From NCBI RefSeq assembly GCF_006345805.1, contig NC_043002.1:80042001-80106000 (forward strand): DNA of 64,000 bases, written 5' to 3'. This DNA is from Octopus sinensis. Taxonomy: Eukaryota. This document shows positions 13,247 to 26,341 of the stretch, in pieces (position 1 is the stretch's first letter; every line of letters begins with the position of its first letter). The notes under the pieces were generated by a model. That model ran no database searches. It saw only the letters and a list, made by a program, of their open reading frames with translations, and was not told the origin of the DNA. The translations under genes and the position numbers were made by a program.

Positions 13247-13461
13247 GTAGTAGCAGATGACTACAAGGTTCCATGGTATATCTTTATTGTTATTGCTTAA
13301 TCAAGGTCAGTCTTTGCTGTGCATATTTTGAGGTATCAAATTAACTATCGTATCCCTTCATTAGAACGTTTGAATGTGATTTGAGGGTGACACGACTGCT
13401 ATTTCTTACAGATCAAAACAATCACATACAGATACTGATTTAAAATTTTGGAATGATATTT

Positions 13462-13895
13462 TGGGAGGGGAGAGGGGACTAGACGTTTACATCGACCTCT
13501 GTGCTCAACTGGTACTTATTTTATTGATGAAATGCAAAGTCGTACTCAGGGGAATTCGAACTTAGAATGTAAGCAGTTTACCCAGGGTGCTAACGATTCA
13601 GCCATTACGCCGCCTAATCATGTACAAATATTCTATTTATTTCCTTATCCTTAACAAATCATGCTTTATAATGGTTTCATATTTTGGCACAGGGCCAACA
13701 GGTGTTGAGGGCAGGGGGAGGTCGATTACATCGACCCTCCCTTCCCAGTATTTCATTGGTACTTATTTTATCGTCCTCGAATGGACGACAGGTAAAGTCG
13801 ACCGGGGTAGAATTTGAACTGAGAACTTAAAGTCAGACGAAATACTGCGAAGCATTTAGTTCGGTATACTAACTGTTCTGTCAGCACGCCATCTT
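13462..13895 (-). mobile_element. Two degenerate SINE family B copies (~13462-13618, ~13680-13895)
   Basis: ACTGGTACTTATTTTAT, AAGTCGAC...GAATTTGAACT and GCTAACG motifs, all diverged. Confidence 0.65.
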
Positions 13896-14764
13896 AACAC
13901 AATTTATAATAACAAAGATACCTTAATGGGTTTTCTAGATATATGCATTTATTTATGTATTTATTTATTTAAATATTTATTTATTTATTTATTATTCGTA
14001 TGTTTGACATTTAATTGTCACATTGTTCGCAGTTTGCAGCTTAACTGTTCAAGCGCGCTTGTTCCTGGTATGTCTTGAATGTGAATTAATTCTTCTAATT
14101 AATCGCCTTCCCTTTTATCCATGCATTTCTTTCTCAGCACTAATGAGAGTTTATAATTTGGGGTGAGGGATATGCTATAATATTTTGTAAACCTTGAATT
14201 GTCATATTTCATTACCTTTAATATCATCTTTAGTATTTATAACCTCTGGCGTTTATGCTTCACTATAAAAGAACAGCTGTGTCATTACCCAACCGCACTG
14301 AAACCACAACATTTACTTCCTAATACATTGCCCTAAAAGCTAATTCAAAAATTGATGTTTGGAATGGATCACCGTCGTTTGACGAGGAGCATTTAGTCGT
14401 TCGTTCAACCGAATTAATTGCTTCTGAATTAATATATAAGTAACTAAAAACACCGCAATAAAGTGTGTCTTTCATGAAAACTCTCAGTCAGTAGCCGCAT
14501 GCCAAAGTATATGTAACAAGGATATATCTTTAGAATTATAAGTACAAGCCAGTGAACGGGCTTCCATACAGTTCCAATATAACGAATTTCACTCACACAA
14601 TTTTGAATAATCTACAGTTATATAAAAGGATATTTGCTCAAGATGCCATGCAAAGCGATTGAACCCTTGACAGCGATGTTGCGAAGTGAACTTCCAAACC
14701 ATTCGGCCATACTGAGCTTGCCGAACATTGTTAAATGAGTTATTAAACACTAAATATTCTTTTC

Positions 14765-15155
14765 TGTTCTAAGTATAAGGCCCAAAATTTTGGGGGAGGT
14801 AGTCAGTCGATTAGATCCACCCTAGTACATAACTGGTACTTATTTAATCAACCTCGAAAGGATGAAAGGCAAAGTCGACCTCGGCGGAATTTGAACTCGT
14901 AACGGCAGATGAAATGCCTATTTCTTTACTACCCACAAGGGGCTAAACACAGAGAGGACAAACAAGGACAGACAAACAAACGGATTGAGTCGATAATAAC
15001 GACCCCAGTGCGTAACTGGTACTTATTTAATCGACCCCGAAAGGGGTGAAAGGCAAAGTCGACCTCGGCGGAATTTGAACTCGGTACGTAACGGCAGACG
15101 AAATACGGCCACGCATTTCGCCCTGCCTGCAAAGGATTCTGCCAGCTTGACGCCC
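14765..15155 (-). mobile_element. SINE family B dimer (head-body-T2 + body-T1)
   Basis: Same architecture as 12841-13246; junction GATGAAATGCCTATTT at 14908-14923. Confidence 0.88.
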
Positions 15156-15891
15156 TATTAAACACTAAATACTATAATAAAAAGGGGTTTTAATTACACA
15201 AGGATGAATTTTTTTCCTTGAGTTCATTTATTAAGAACTCGTTATACGTTCAACGTTTTAAGCTTTTTAGATTAATTTATAATGAAAGGCTATGCATATT
15301 ATATTATCTACTCAGTGATTTTTCACTATAATCAATGTGTAATTAAGGTGATACCATAATGAATAGCGCCTGTGTCACTTATAACCTTCAAATACACGTA
15401 TACACAAAAACACGCACAAACATACACATACACACAGAGATACATGCATGCAGACATACGTGAACAACCAGTGTGTAGGATCGCTGGTTAAGTGGATTTA
15501 TTATTTACGTAAGTAGAGTATCCTGTTAGCATTTGGTGTCTACTCTGTTGTATTTTTTCAGTGTCAGCTCTTAGTTTATTTATATCTTGTCACTTTTTGA
15601 CATGCGGATGTCTCGATTCTTAATGGATCTTTATAATAATTGAAAGATGTGTGTGTGTGTATGTGTGTGTGTGTGTGCCTACATTCATACATACATATGT
15701 GTATATGTATATGTATATATATATGTGTGTGTGTGTGTGTGGTGTGTGTGTGTGTATGTGTGTGTATATATACGGATTGAAGACGGAACCATGCGATTGG
15801 GAAGCAAGTTTCTTACCTCAGCCCCGCATATCCATCCCTCCTTCCTTCCTTCCTTCCATCCATCATACGTTACATGCATAAATACACACAC

Positions 15892-15928
<37 letters not shown>

Positions 15929-15937
15929 TATTCATAT

Positions 15938-16037
15938 NNNNNNNNNNNNNNNNNNNNNNNNNNNNNNNNNNNNNNNNNNNNNNNNNNNNNNNNNNNNNNN
16001 NNNNNNNNNNNNNNNNNNNNNNNNNNNNNNNNNNNNN
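15938..16037. other. Assembly gap (100 N)
   Basis: Exactly 100 Ns, a typical scaffold gap of unknown true size. Confidence 0.99.
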
Positions 16038-16351
16038 CAATTTCCACATACGTTAGCGATGTCGAAATTATTTGCATAGAAGTTATTGTTACCTAAATTT
16101 ATGATTCTACAAAATACTGGACAGAATTCTAAAAGTGAGAGAGACATTTGAATCCAAGAGGCTGAAATGTTAGATTGCCGAATAATAAATATATGTCTTA
16201 TCAAAGGTAATATATCCAAAAAGGAAGTCCAGACGTGCGGGCTCTGAAACTCAATTATTCAGTCTATGTATCAACGTACTGTGTCTAACTCTTTCGTCCA
16301 TTGTGGATTGAAGATTTCGATATTTGACGTATAAAAAACAGTTAAGTACTC

Positions 16352-16521
16352 AGACATGCAGGCAAGGATGGTGGTAGGAAGCTTGCTTCGCAAAGACATA
16401 GTTCCGAGTTCTATCCCATTGCGTGGCACGTTGAGAACAAAGTTTTCTACGATAGTCCTCAGGCCGATCAAGCCTTGTGAAGGGGAATTATATATATATA
16501 TTATATATATATATAATATAT

Positions 16522-16552
<31 letters not shown>

Positions 16553-16595
16553 TTGTGTCTTGGTTTGTCTTCCTCCACTACTTGACATCCGTATT
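16352..16595 (+). mobile_element. Degenerate SINE family A
   Basis: GGTGGTAGGAAGCTTGCTTC...CCCATTGCGTGGCACG...CAGGCCGATCAAGCCTTGTGA followed by the internal TA tract. Confidence 0.6.
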
Positions 16596-16619
16596 GAAAC
16601 GTTTATGTACCCGTAACTT

Positions 16620-17010
16620 ATGCATACATGTGTAATACACACACATGCATACATACATACATGCATACATACATACATACATACATACATGCATGCATAC
16701 ATACATGCATGCGTACATACATGCATACATATGTACATACATGCATGCATGCATACATGCATACATACATAAATGCATGCATGGCTACAAACATACATGC
16801 ATACATACATTCATGCAGGCATACATACATTCATGCAGGCATACTTACATATGGACATGCAGGTATACATACATGTATACATATGTACATACATGCATGC
16901 ATTCATACATACATGTATACATACGTACATACATGCATGCATACATACATGCATGTATACATACATAGATGCATGCATACATACATACATACATGCCTGC
17001 TTGCATGTAT
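16620..17010. repeat. Degenerate (CATA/CATG)n microsatellite
   Basis: Direct inspection. Confidence 0.9.
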
Positions 17011-17225
17011 GTGAACGTTTTTGTATTATCTCAGCGCATGGCAACCGGTATCAGTTTCTTTGCAATGCCATAATCACACGACTCGGCAAAATAAAACGAT
17101 GAAATGTGTACTAAAATTAAATATGAAAATATATAGAGGGCTGCTTTGGTCGATCGAACACTTACAGGTGCCCCAACATAGCTGCAGTCCAATGAGTAAA
17201 GCAAGTAAAGAAAAAAAAAAAAAAA

Positions 17226-17278
17226 ATAATAATAATAATAATATAAACAACAATAATATTAATAATATAATAATAATA

Positions 17279-17313
<35 letters not shown>

Positions 17314-17314
17314 G

Positions 17315-17367
<53 letters not shown>

Positions 17368-17369
17368 TA

Positions 17370-17410
<41 letters not shown>
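17226..17410. repeat. (TAA)n microsatellite forming the 5' flank of the Dong-like LINE
   Basis: Direct inspection. Confidence 0.95.
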
Positions 17411-17411
<1 letters not shown>

Positions 17412-17415
17412 TAAT

Positions 17416-18720
17416 ATAGATAGAAAATACGCAAGCTGCTGAGTTGTAATAGGATGCACCAACCAAAGGCAGACGTAGATCGCCTTACCTTCCCAGAGCC
17501 CAAGGAGGTCGAGGCCTGATTCAATTTGAACTAGCTTACAAAACAACCACAATTGGACTGCCAAATATCTCGAAATATCGAATGACTGGATGCTAAGCTC
17601 GTGGAAAATCACGAGAGACGAAAGAAGCTTCATTCTATCATAAAGGAAAGCCAAAAATTTGCTATTGATCTCGATCTCGTGCAGGATACCCAAACTGAAC
17701 AACCGGGGAAGTACGGCAACTATTGTTGCAAAGAAGGTGAAAATGATGGCAATGAAAAAAGGCACGAGCAATTGGCTGATAGGTGGGAGGAGAACGTCTG
17801 CACGGCAATATGTGACCCGCAGCAAACAAACTGATGTTGACCAGAAGCAAACCTATCAGTGGCTACGGAGCTCAGGGCTAAAAGCAGAGAGCGAAGGTTT
17901 CATCCTGGCTGCTCAAGATCAAAGCCTATAACCCGGAACTACCAGGCCAATGTGATGAAAAATGGAGCAGACCCAAAATGCCGATTCTGCAACGACATGA
18001 TTGAAATAGTGGACCACCTAATCTCTGGATGTAAAGTCTTAGCACCAGTGGAGTATAAATTTAAGGCATGACAGAGTTGACCAATATCTCCACTGGCTAA
18101 TAAGTCGGCATTAAAATATCAAAACTGCCGACAAGTGGTATAATCACCACCCTGAGGCTGTAACTGAAGGAGAAATGTAACCATTCTGTGGGACTTTCCA
18201 GTACATACAGACCGAACCATCAAGGCCAATAAACCAGATATTTGTTGTGAAAGACCAAAACAATAAAGTTTGCTTATTGATCGACATGAGCATCCCCTGT
18301 GATCATAATATCTCAGCGAAAGAGTTTGACAAGCTCAGAAAATATAAAGACCTACTCATTGAAATTGAGAAAATGTGGCATCTCAAGGCGGTTACAATAC
18401 CAGTGATCGTAGGAGCACTAGGAATGATCAAGAAGGGAACCGAAAATTATATGAGAATGATCCCTGGCTTACCATCCCTGCAAGAAGTGCAAAAGATTGT
18501 CTTAACTGGTACATCACACGTATTGAGAAGAGCATTGTCGATGTGAGAACTGTTGCTGCTCATGTATTTTAATTTAAGTTAAAAAAAAAATAAAAACAAA
18601 AAATGAACGATCTACTGAGTTTGGTTTAATGGCCTACCATTGTATACTATGAGTTTCTTTGCCCTAGGAGTCGGGAAGACACTCGGCAAGAAATGGAAGC
18701 AAATTTGAAAGAAGAAGAAA
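17416..18720 (+). mobile_element. 5'-truncated R4/Dong-like LINE (post-RT region, CCHC knuckle, RLE, 3'UTR)
   Basis: DRKIRKLLSCNRMHQPKADVDRL(Y)LPRAQGGRGL; WLRSSGLKAESEGFILAAQDQSL; CRFCNDMIEIVDHLISGC; NKPDI..KD...LIDMSIP...KLRKYKDL...IPVIVGALG. Stop at 18544-18546. (TAA)n on both sides. Confidence 0.92.
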
Positions 18721-18747
18721 AAAAAATAATAATAATGATAATAATAA

Positions 18748-19290
18748 ATGCCCTGATGCAGTACCAGGCAGTGGTACTTAATTGATTGGAAGTGTTATCA
18801 TGTACATTGTTTTGTCTTGGTATAAAAGATGGGCTACAGCAAATATTCTGCTCGATACCACAGATTTGCTTGTCAGTTGTTTGACCTTAACCAGTTGAGC
18901 ATGTCCCTTAGTGGCTGACGATATGTGCATCTCTGATCACGAGCAGAAGTAGTGGGGGAGCATCATAGCCGTGTGTTGAGAGGGATTCTTTGGGGTTTGA
19001 ATAATTCACCTCTGGAAACATGGGTGTTTCGTTCAACATCCTTAAACAACCCTTACTCAGGGAGGATTACTGAGCAGGATGGGTTACTCGACCAGAAGAA
19101 AATTCTAACTGGGCCCCACCTACAAGGTCATGTGCTGTTTATCTTGATATGAGGTCACCATTTCACGCACATATGATTGTGATGCATGTGCCTGGTGTAC
19201 ATGCATCAGATGGGTAGTCATGATGGGTATCCTGGGCTTCGTATATTTTACCCCAGTGTCACTTTGATGGCATGCACTGCTCTCTCACTC
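18748..19290. mobile_element. Unclassified 543-bp interspersed repeat embedded in (TAA)n
   Basis: Starts ATGCCCTGATGCAGTACCAGGCAGTGG, ends CACTGCTCTCTCACTC, with TAA/CAA runs on both sides. A 148-bp internally deleted copy lies at 26342-26489. No TIR or ORF. Confidence 0.75.
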
Positions 19291-19494
19291 GATAATAGTA
19301 ACAATAACAACAACAACAACAATAATAATAATAATAATAATAATAATGAACGAATACAAGAATACTTATTATAATGTTCGACTTTTTTTTTTGTTTTGGG
19401 GTTTTTATTTTCGTTTCTCATTCAAACAATTTTCGTCGCAAAGCAAATGTATAATAAATAAATCAGAATAAATGGTGGTGGTACTGATACTCCC

Positions 19495-19605
19495 TTTAAC
19501 GTCGTCGCCATCGTCATTGTCATCCTCATTGTGGTGGTGTCGGTGGTTGTTGTCGTCGTCATCGCCATCGTCCTAGTATTCGCCGTCGTCGTCAATATCA
19601 CCATT

Positions 19606-19644
<39 letters not shown>

Positions 19645-19676
19645 GTCATCGTCATCACCATCATCATCAGCATCAC

Positions 19677-19711
<35 letters not shown>

Positions 19712-19812
19712 ACCTCATCATCATCACCCTCTTCATCATCATCGTTATCATGATCCAGAAACTCCAGTCCACATCGACGCCAATCGTTAGCATTGACAGC
19801 ATCATTGACGGC
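19495..19812. repeat. (CAT/CGT)n trinucleotide repeat
   Basis: Direct inspection; source of the poly-I, poly-M and poly-D ORFs. Confidence 0.9.
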
Positions 19813-19893
19813 GTCGTGAAGCAATATATTATATAAAGATATATATATATATATTTATTTATATATGTGTGTGTGTTTGTGTGTGTGTGTGAA

Positions 19894-20202
19894 GGGGCAT
19901 GGCTCAGTGGCTAGAGTCTCGAACCTAGATCGCGAGGTTGTGAGTTCGAATCCCGGACCGGGCTGCGTGTAGTGTTGTTGAGCCAGACACTTTATTTCAC
20001 GTTGCTCCAGTTCACTCAGCTGTAGAAATGAGTTGCGACATTACAGGTGCCAAGCTGTATCGGCATTTGCCTTTCCCATGGATAACACTGGTGGCGTGGA
20101 AAGGGGAGGCCGGTATGCATGGGCGACCTTGCCCGGACTTGTACCCGGGAGAGTAACTTTCTAGGTGCAATCCCATGGTCAGTCATGAATGAAGGCGGTC
20201 TC
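19894..20202 (+). mobile_element. SINE family C (tRNA-derived, CORE-like)
   Basis: A-box TGGCTCAGTGG (19900-19910), B-box GAGTTCGAATCCC (19942-19954), then TTGAGCCAGACACTTTATTTC. Second copy at 54457-54770. Confidence 0.85.
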
Positions 20203-20203
20203 A

Positions 20204-20237
<34 letters not shown>

Positions 20238-20287
20238 CACACATATCTATAAATATACCTATATAGATGCTCAGATTCACACACACG

Positions 20288-20334
<47 letters not shown>

Positions 20335-20590
20335 TATATATACACACTCACATACACACACGCATATATATTATGCATATCATATATACATATACTATGT
20401 GACAATTAGTCTCGAACCTACACAATTCTTAGCTGTATAGACGACTCATCGGATTCGTTACCCGGGGGCATATATGCTCTTTACAACTCGATAGAAATAA
20501 ACTTGTAGGTAATCCTACGATGTTTTGGATTGTACTGACCAATGCATATACAAACATACATATATACATATCAATGTGTGTAATTGAATG

Positions 20591-20622
<32 letters not shown>

Positions 20623-20753
20623 AATGTGTGTCTATTGGTATCAGTGTTTGTGTGTATGAGTGTGTATATATGTGTGTACTGTGTGCGTGTGTGTATGTAT
20701 GCATGTATGTATCTTCAATGTAGGTCGGAATTATTATTATTATTGTTGTTATT

Positions 20754-20883
20754 GTCTTCTACTATAGCCTCGGGCCGATCAAGGCCTTGTGAGTGGATTT
20801 GGTAGCCGGAAACTGAAAGAAGCCCGTCGTATATATGTATATATATATTATGTATGTATATATATATATGTATGTATATATAT

Positions 20884-20914
<31 letters not shown>

Positions 20915-21152
20915 TGGTGTGTGTGGTGTGTGTGTGTGTGTGTGTGTGTGTATTGTGTGTCTGTGTTTTTTTCCCCCAACACCGCTTGACAACCGATGCT
21001 GGTGTTTTTACATCCCCGTAACTTAGCGGTTCGTCAAAAGAGACATATAGAATAAGTACTAGGCTTACAAAGTATAAGTCCTGGGCTCGATTTGCTCGAC
21101 TAAAGGCGGTGCTCCAGCATGGCCACGGTCAAATGGCTGAAACAAGTAAAAA
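20754..21152 (+). mobile_element. SINE family A, 5'-truncated
   Basis: Begins at GTCTTCTACTATAGCCTCGGGCC; internal (TA)n(TG)n; family tail. Confidence 0.9.
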
Positions 21153-22418
21153 AAAAGAGTTTCTCGCTCAAAATTGCTGGCCATGTTCCTTAAATCAGTA
21201 ACCATCATACTAAGGGTTGGTAACATTTCCAATCATCTACAGGATTTGATATAAACGATTGTTTCCCCGTCACCCATATCTGAAGCCTCGTATTTCAAAT
21301 TTAGAGTAAGAAACAGTTGATTACAGTTTTTAAAATATAACTTTAAATGCTGATAAAAAAAAAACATTTTAAAACTTACATTTATGTAATTCGGATTGTT
21401 GAGAGCTCATAGTGATGTTGAGTAATTTCAATATGCTTTCTTGTGACCACAGATCAATTCTTTCGCGGGCAGTCTGGTATATTATCAACCGAGTTCTATG
21501 TAAGCTCTTTAAATCATATAATACTACAACAAGCAACAACAAACAGAAAAACGCCGAAAAGCAAACGAAGTATTTAATACTATACAAAACAACTGAGAAT
21601 TTTATTTTTTTTCATTTTATCATTTTCTTTTTGGTACTTTTCCTGCTTTTAATCGGTCTTTGTATTTTTATTTATACTTTATTTTAAATATCTATGTATT
21701 TGTTTTTCATTGTGGATTTTCTTCCCTTTTTTTCTGCATCAGTTACAACTCGAACCTACCTGCTGCAGCTGTGTAATATCAACGATGATAGCAACCAACG
21801 ACAGCAAAGTATTTTAGTAGGCAATTAGTAACATTAAATCAGAGGCAGTAGTTAAAAAGCGGCGGTTATTATATAGCAAGAAAGTGTACGACTGTAGCAA
21901 TTAGTAAGATTATAAGGGAAGCCATTAAAGAAGCGTTAGTAACAATGCATAGGCGACTAACAAAAAGCAATGCCACTATTAGTAGGACTGTATAATTACA
22001 AACACCAATATTACTTTAACAATGATGGTTATAATTACTAGTAATAACCAAGTAGGATGTAATTTAGAAGGTGGTTGTCTGAGAACGTGTCTGTTACACA
22101 GTCAGCGCGTGAATGGCTGTGAATGTGAGTTGTGTGTATGTATATATCTCTACATGTGTATATGAGTGTGTGTATGTATGTTGTTGATTTTATAAGTGTG
22201 TGCAGCTGTGTATGTATGTATGTATGTATGTATGTATGTATGTATGTATGTATGTGTATGTGTGTGTATGTATGTATGCATGTATGTATGTATGTGTGTA
22301 TGTATGTATGTGTAATATTTGTGCATGCGTATTATATATTTATGTGTTTGGGTGCGACGAGACACACACAATGCAAGTGTGTATATAAATATGTATGTGT
22401 GTATATATATTTATGTAT

Positions 22419-22484
<66 letters not shown>

Positions 22485-23088
22485 GTGTGTGTTTGTGTTA
22501 TATTTAAATATGTATGTTAGTATACATGTTTTGCGTATGGGAGCATGCGTATATTCATGTGTACTTTTGAGTGTGAGTATATTTCATTACGAATAGTGTG
22601 TGCTTTTATACGTGTGTATGTGATTGTGTATGGTGTGGGTGTTCAGAAGGAGGAGGAGGGAGAGAGAGAGGAAGGGGCGGAGCTGGGTGTGCTTCAATGA
22701 AATGCGTGAAACTGAGTTTTGATGTAACTGCGTGTGTTTGAATGGAGTGTGTATATTTGCGACTTGTACGTTATGTGTGTCTGTAGCTGCGTGTGCATGT
22801 GTGATTATATGCGTGCGCATGTATGACTGAGTGCGTATGCGTGGCAGTATTGTGTGTGTGTGTGTACAAGTGCATGTGTATTTAGCTGCCTATGTATGCG
22901 ATTGATGCATCTATAGATAGAATGTAAATATTCTGAACGTGCAAAATGCTAGAGAAATAGAGCGAAATAGATAACAGGGAATAGGACTTAGGGAAAAAGG
23001 GATAGATAGTAAAAAAGGCCGAATTAAAAACAAGAACACACACATATATATATATATATATATATTTATATATGTATATATATATATA

Positions 23089-23232
23089 GGCGTAGGAGTG
23101 GCTGTGTGGTAAGTAGCTTGCTTACGAACCACATGGTCCGGGTTCAGTCGCGCTACGTGGCACCTTGGGCAAGTGTCTTATACTATAGCCTTCTGAGTGG
23201 ATTTGGTAGACATAAACTGAAAGGAGCACGTC

Positions 23233-23270
<38 letters not shown>

Positions 23271-23280
23271 TATATATATA

Positions 23281-23313
<33 letters not shown>

Positions 23314-23548
23314 TGTGTATATGTATGTATGTATATGTTTGTGTGTCTGTGTTTGTCCCCCAACATCGCTTGACAACTGATGCTGGTGTGTTTACGTCCC
23401 CGTAAATTAGCAGTTCGGCAGGAGAGACCGATAGAATAAGTACTAGGCATGCAAAGAATAAGTCCTAGGGTCGATTTGCTCGACTAAAGGTAGTGCTCCA
23501 GCATCCACAGTCAAAATGACTGAAACAAGTAAAAGAGTAAAAGAGTAA
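23089..23548 (+). mobile_element. SINE family A, full length
   Basis: GGCGTAGGAGTGGCTGTGTGGTAAG head; internal (TA)n(TATG)n; tail CTGAAACAAGTAAAAGAGTAAAAGAGT. Confidence 0.92.
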
Positions 23549-23574
23549 ACATATACATATACATAGTGAGAGGG

Positions 23575-23606
<32 letters not shown>

Positions 23607-24852
23607 TAAAATATCAATACATTTGTACGTTCAAGGGAGCAAAAGAACCATGGAGAAAAAGTGACGGAGATAAAGAAAGAGACGAGTAAGTTTATAGATT
23701 TTTAACAAAAACATTAAGCACAAATGATAATAGATTTACATGAGAGGTGAGAAATGAGATTACGTGATGCTGATGTATCCAAACGGATGAGCTGCTTCAA
23801 CGAAGCGAAAAGGCTTGACCTAGTAATCGATCTGAGCTCGCTGACAGTATGATAGGGAAATTCTGCTGTAAATGAATTCTAACCTAATTTATTTTAACTG
23901 GAAAACATTTACAAACATAAGAGCATATTCACACTTTTTATAGTTTCTACAACTATAACGTGCTACAATAGTGCAGGTTACGAAAACGTGTCTTCAACTT
24001 TAATGTCTTCGATAAACAAAACAAAATAGCGTCCATTAATTGTAATTAAGAACTATGCTTATACATATTTTTTCTAGTATTATTTATTTATAGAATTATT
24101 AATTTTATTTCGCAATTAAGACTGAAATACAAAAAATAGTACCGAAATGTGAAATTCAATTGGTTTTCCTTTCTATGGAATATTCAGAATAAACTTTAAT
24201 ACGCTTGACTCTTTTGAAAACCGTTCTATGAAAATAGAAAAGTTTAATTCCTGTCATCTTAACCCAACACGGATTCGGAAATTTTCATTCATATTCAGTA
24301 AAATAATTGTGAAATTTTATCCTTCACTTGAAATCAAAATCATTAAAAAGTATGTGATCATGAGAAATTGAGTGGATTTGCTTATGCAATTAACTGGTGA
24401 ATCTTACCTAGATTTGACGCTAAAAAGTTATACAATTAAACGATGTATGTAATTAAGTGGAGTTGATCGTATGCTATTTAGTGTTTCATTTAAAGTGTTT
24501 ATTTTATTGTTATACAATAGACTTAGCAATAAATAAAACTTTGAAATATGTGGAAAAAAAAATCGAAAATGAAATATGTGGCAAAAGAAATAAAGGCATC
24601 AACAATGACATGAAAAAGGACTTGTGAGCCAAGGAAGACTTATTAGAATAATAATGATGTTTAACATAGCCCAGATATTTTCAAGAAGATAATTATAGTG
24701 GATTCAATACAGGACGGGATGGGCCTTATTTTATAGAGGAGGATGAAAGTGAAATTAAGTCGCAGAAAGGATTGAGTTCACAGCGTACGGAAATGTAATT
24801 TAAATGCTGCAAGTCAGTTGCAATATCAGTTCTAACATCCAATATCAGCCCT

Positions 24853-24909
<57 letters not shown>

Positions 24910-24988
24910 TAATAATAATAATCATAATAATAATAATAATAATAATGATGATGATGATGATAATGACGATAATAATAATAGTGATAAA

Positions 24989-25390
24989 GATATGTTTTTC
25001 TTTATTGCATACAGGGGGCTAAACAAGGACAGACAAACGGATTAAGTCGATTACATCGACCCAGTGCGTAACTGGTACTTATTTAATCGATCCCGAAAGG
25101 ATGAAAGATAAAGTCGACCTGAGCGGAATTTGAACTCAAAACGTAACGGCAGACGAAATACCTATTTCTTTACTACCAACAAGGGGCTAAACACCGAGAG
25201 GACAAACAAGGACAGACAAACGGATTAAGTCGACTATATCGACCCTAGTGCGTAACTGGTACTTAATTTATCGACCCCGAAAGGATGAAAGGCAAAGTCG
25301 ACCTCGGTGGAATTTGAACTCAGAACGTAGCGGCAGACGAAATACGGCTACGCATTTCGCCCGGCGTGCTAAAGTTTCTGCCAGCTTGCT
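24989..25390 (-). mobile_element. SINE family B dimer (head-body-T2 + body-T2 variant)
   Basis: Junction GACGAAATACCTATTT at 25152-25167; the distal tail reads ...AAGAAAAACATATCT on the minus strand. Confidence 0.88.
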
Positions 25391-25419
25391 TGACCGGACG
25401 GAATAAAAATTCAAGCAGT

Positions 25420-25960
25420 TAATATGTAGGCGATATCATCACTTCGGTATGCAGCGGATATTATAGGATTGATCAGGTGTCAGGACGGTATCGACGCAGA
25501 GGAAAACAGCTTATAGTGATATGTTAAAGATGCCGTAGATCCACTGTTGAAACTCACGAAGAAGGCCGGCGTCATCAAAACGGAAAATTGTGTAATGAAA
25601 GAAAAATTTAAACAACAAATAAACACAAAAAAATCATGAAAGAAAAAAATAATGTACAGTCAGTTTGGAAAGGATATGAACGCGAAGACAAATACAGAAG
25701 AACGGTGGCTATGAATGAGGAGGAATGACATGAAGATACAGACAGAAGCACTCGTATACGAAGGTTGGGAAATACGAAGGTTGAAGTCAATGAAGAGAGT
25801 AGACGTGATACCAATAGTAATTGGTGAAATCAGAAGTATCAGCACTCAACTACCAACATGGCTGAAAAAGATTTGTGCAAGTGTGACAGTTGAACATCTA
25901 CAAAAATCAGCATTGCTTGGAGCTGCAAGAATTCTTGGTCTACTGGCTGTGCACAGCTGA
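25420..25960 (+). mobile_element. Old R4/Dong-like LINE remnant with large internal deletions
   Basis: LRYAADII / GLIRCQDGIDAEENSL..YVKDAVDPLLK / W..MRRNDMKIQTEAL fused to IRRLKSMKRVDVIPIVIG...HLQKSALLGAARIL. Confidence 0.75.
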
Positions 25961-26034
25961 CACTTTCCATCATACCCAGTAAAATAAGCTGTGAGTTTTC
26001 ATAAGATAATGATAATAATTATACTGCTGCTATA

Positions 26035-26237
26035 AAGGTACAAGACCTGAAATTTGGTGTGAGGTGACAACTCGATTACGTCGATCCCAGTGCTCTACTG
26101 ACACTTATTTTATCATAACCGTAATGATGAAAAGTAAAGGCAACCTCGGTGGAGTTTGAACTCCGAACGTAAGGACAGACGAGATACGATTAAGCATTTT
26201 TCCCTGCGCATTACCGATTCTGCCAGCTCGCCACCTC
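26035..26237 (-). mobile_element. Degenerate SINE family B with T1 tail
   Basis: CAAGACCTGAAATTT tail; AAGGCAACCTCGGTGGAGTTTGAACT; TGCCAGCTCGCCACC head. Confidence 0.75.
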
Positions 26238-26247
26238 AATAATAATG

Positions 26248-26323
<76 letters not shown>

Positions 26324-26341
26324 TAATAATAATGATAATAA

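Noticed and set aside
12841-15155. CRISPR-like or prokaryotic repeat-spacer array
   Set aside because: The repeats are tandem SINE bodies without unique regular spacers, there are no cas genes, and the context is eukaryotic.
18748-18800. HDV-like ribozyme at the end of the (TAA)n-embedded element
   Set aside because: I could find only a simple CCTG/CAGG hairpin and could not build the nested double pseudoknot by eye.
19573-19824. Poly-Asp ORF resembling an acidic biomineralisation protein
   Set aside because: It is one frame of a (GAT)n repeat; the other frames give poly-Met and poly-Ile, and there is no signal peptide or splice support.
19894-19965. tRNA gene-like A and B boxes (also at 54457, 62690-62760, 63100-63167)
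   Set aside because: They continue into repeated SINE bodies and do not form a full cloverleaf with a proper terminator.
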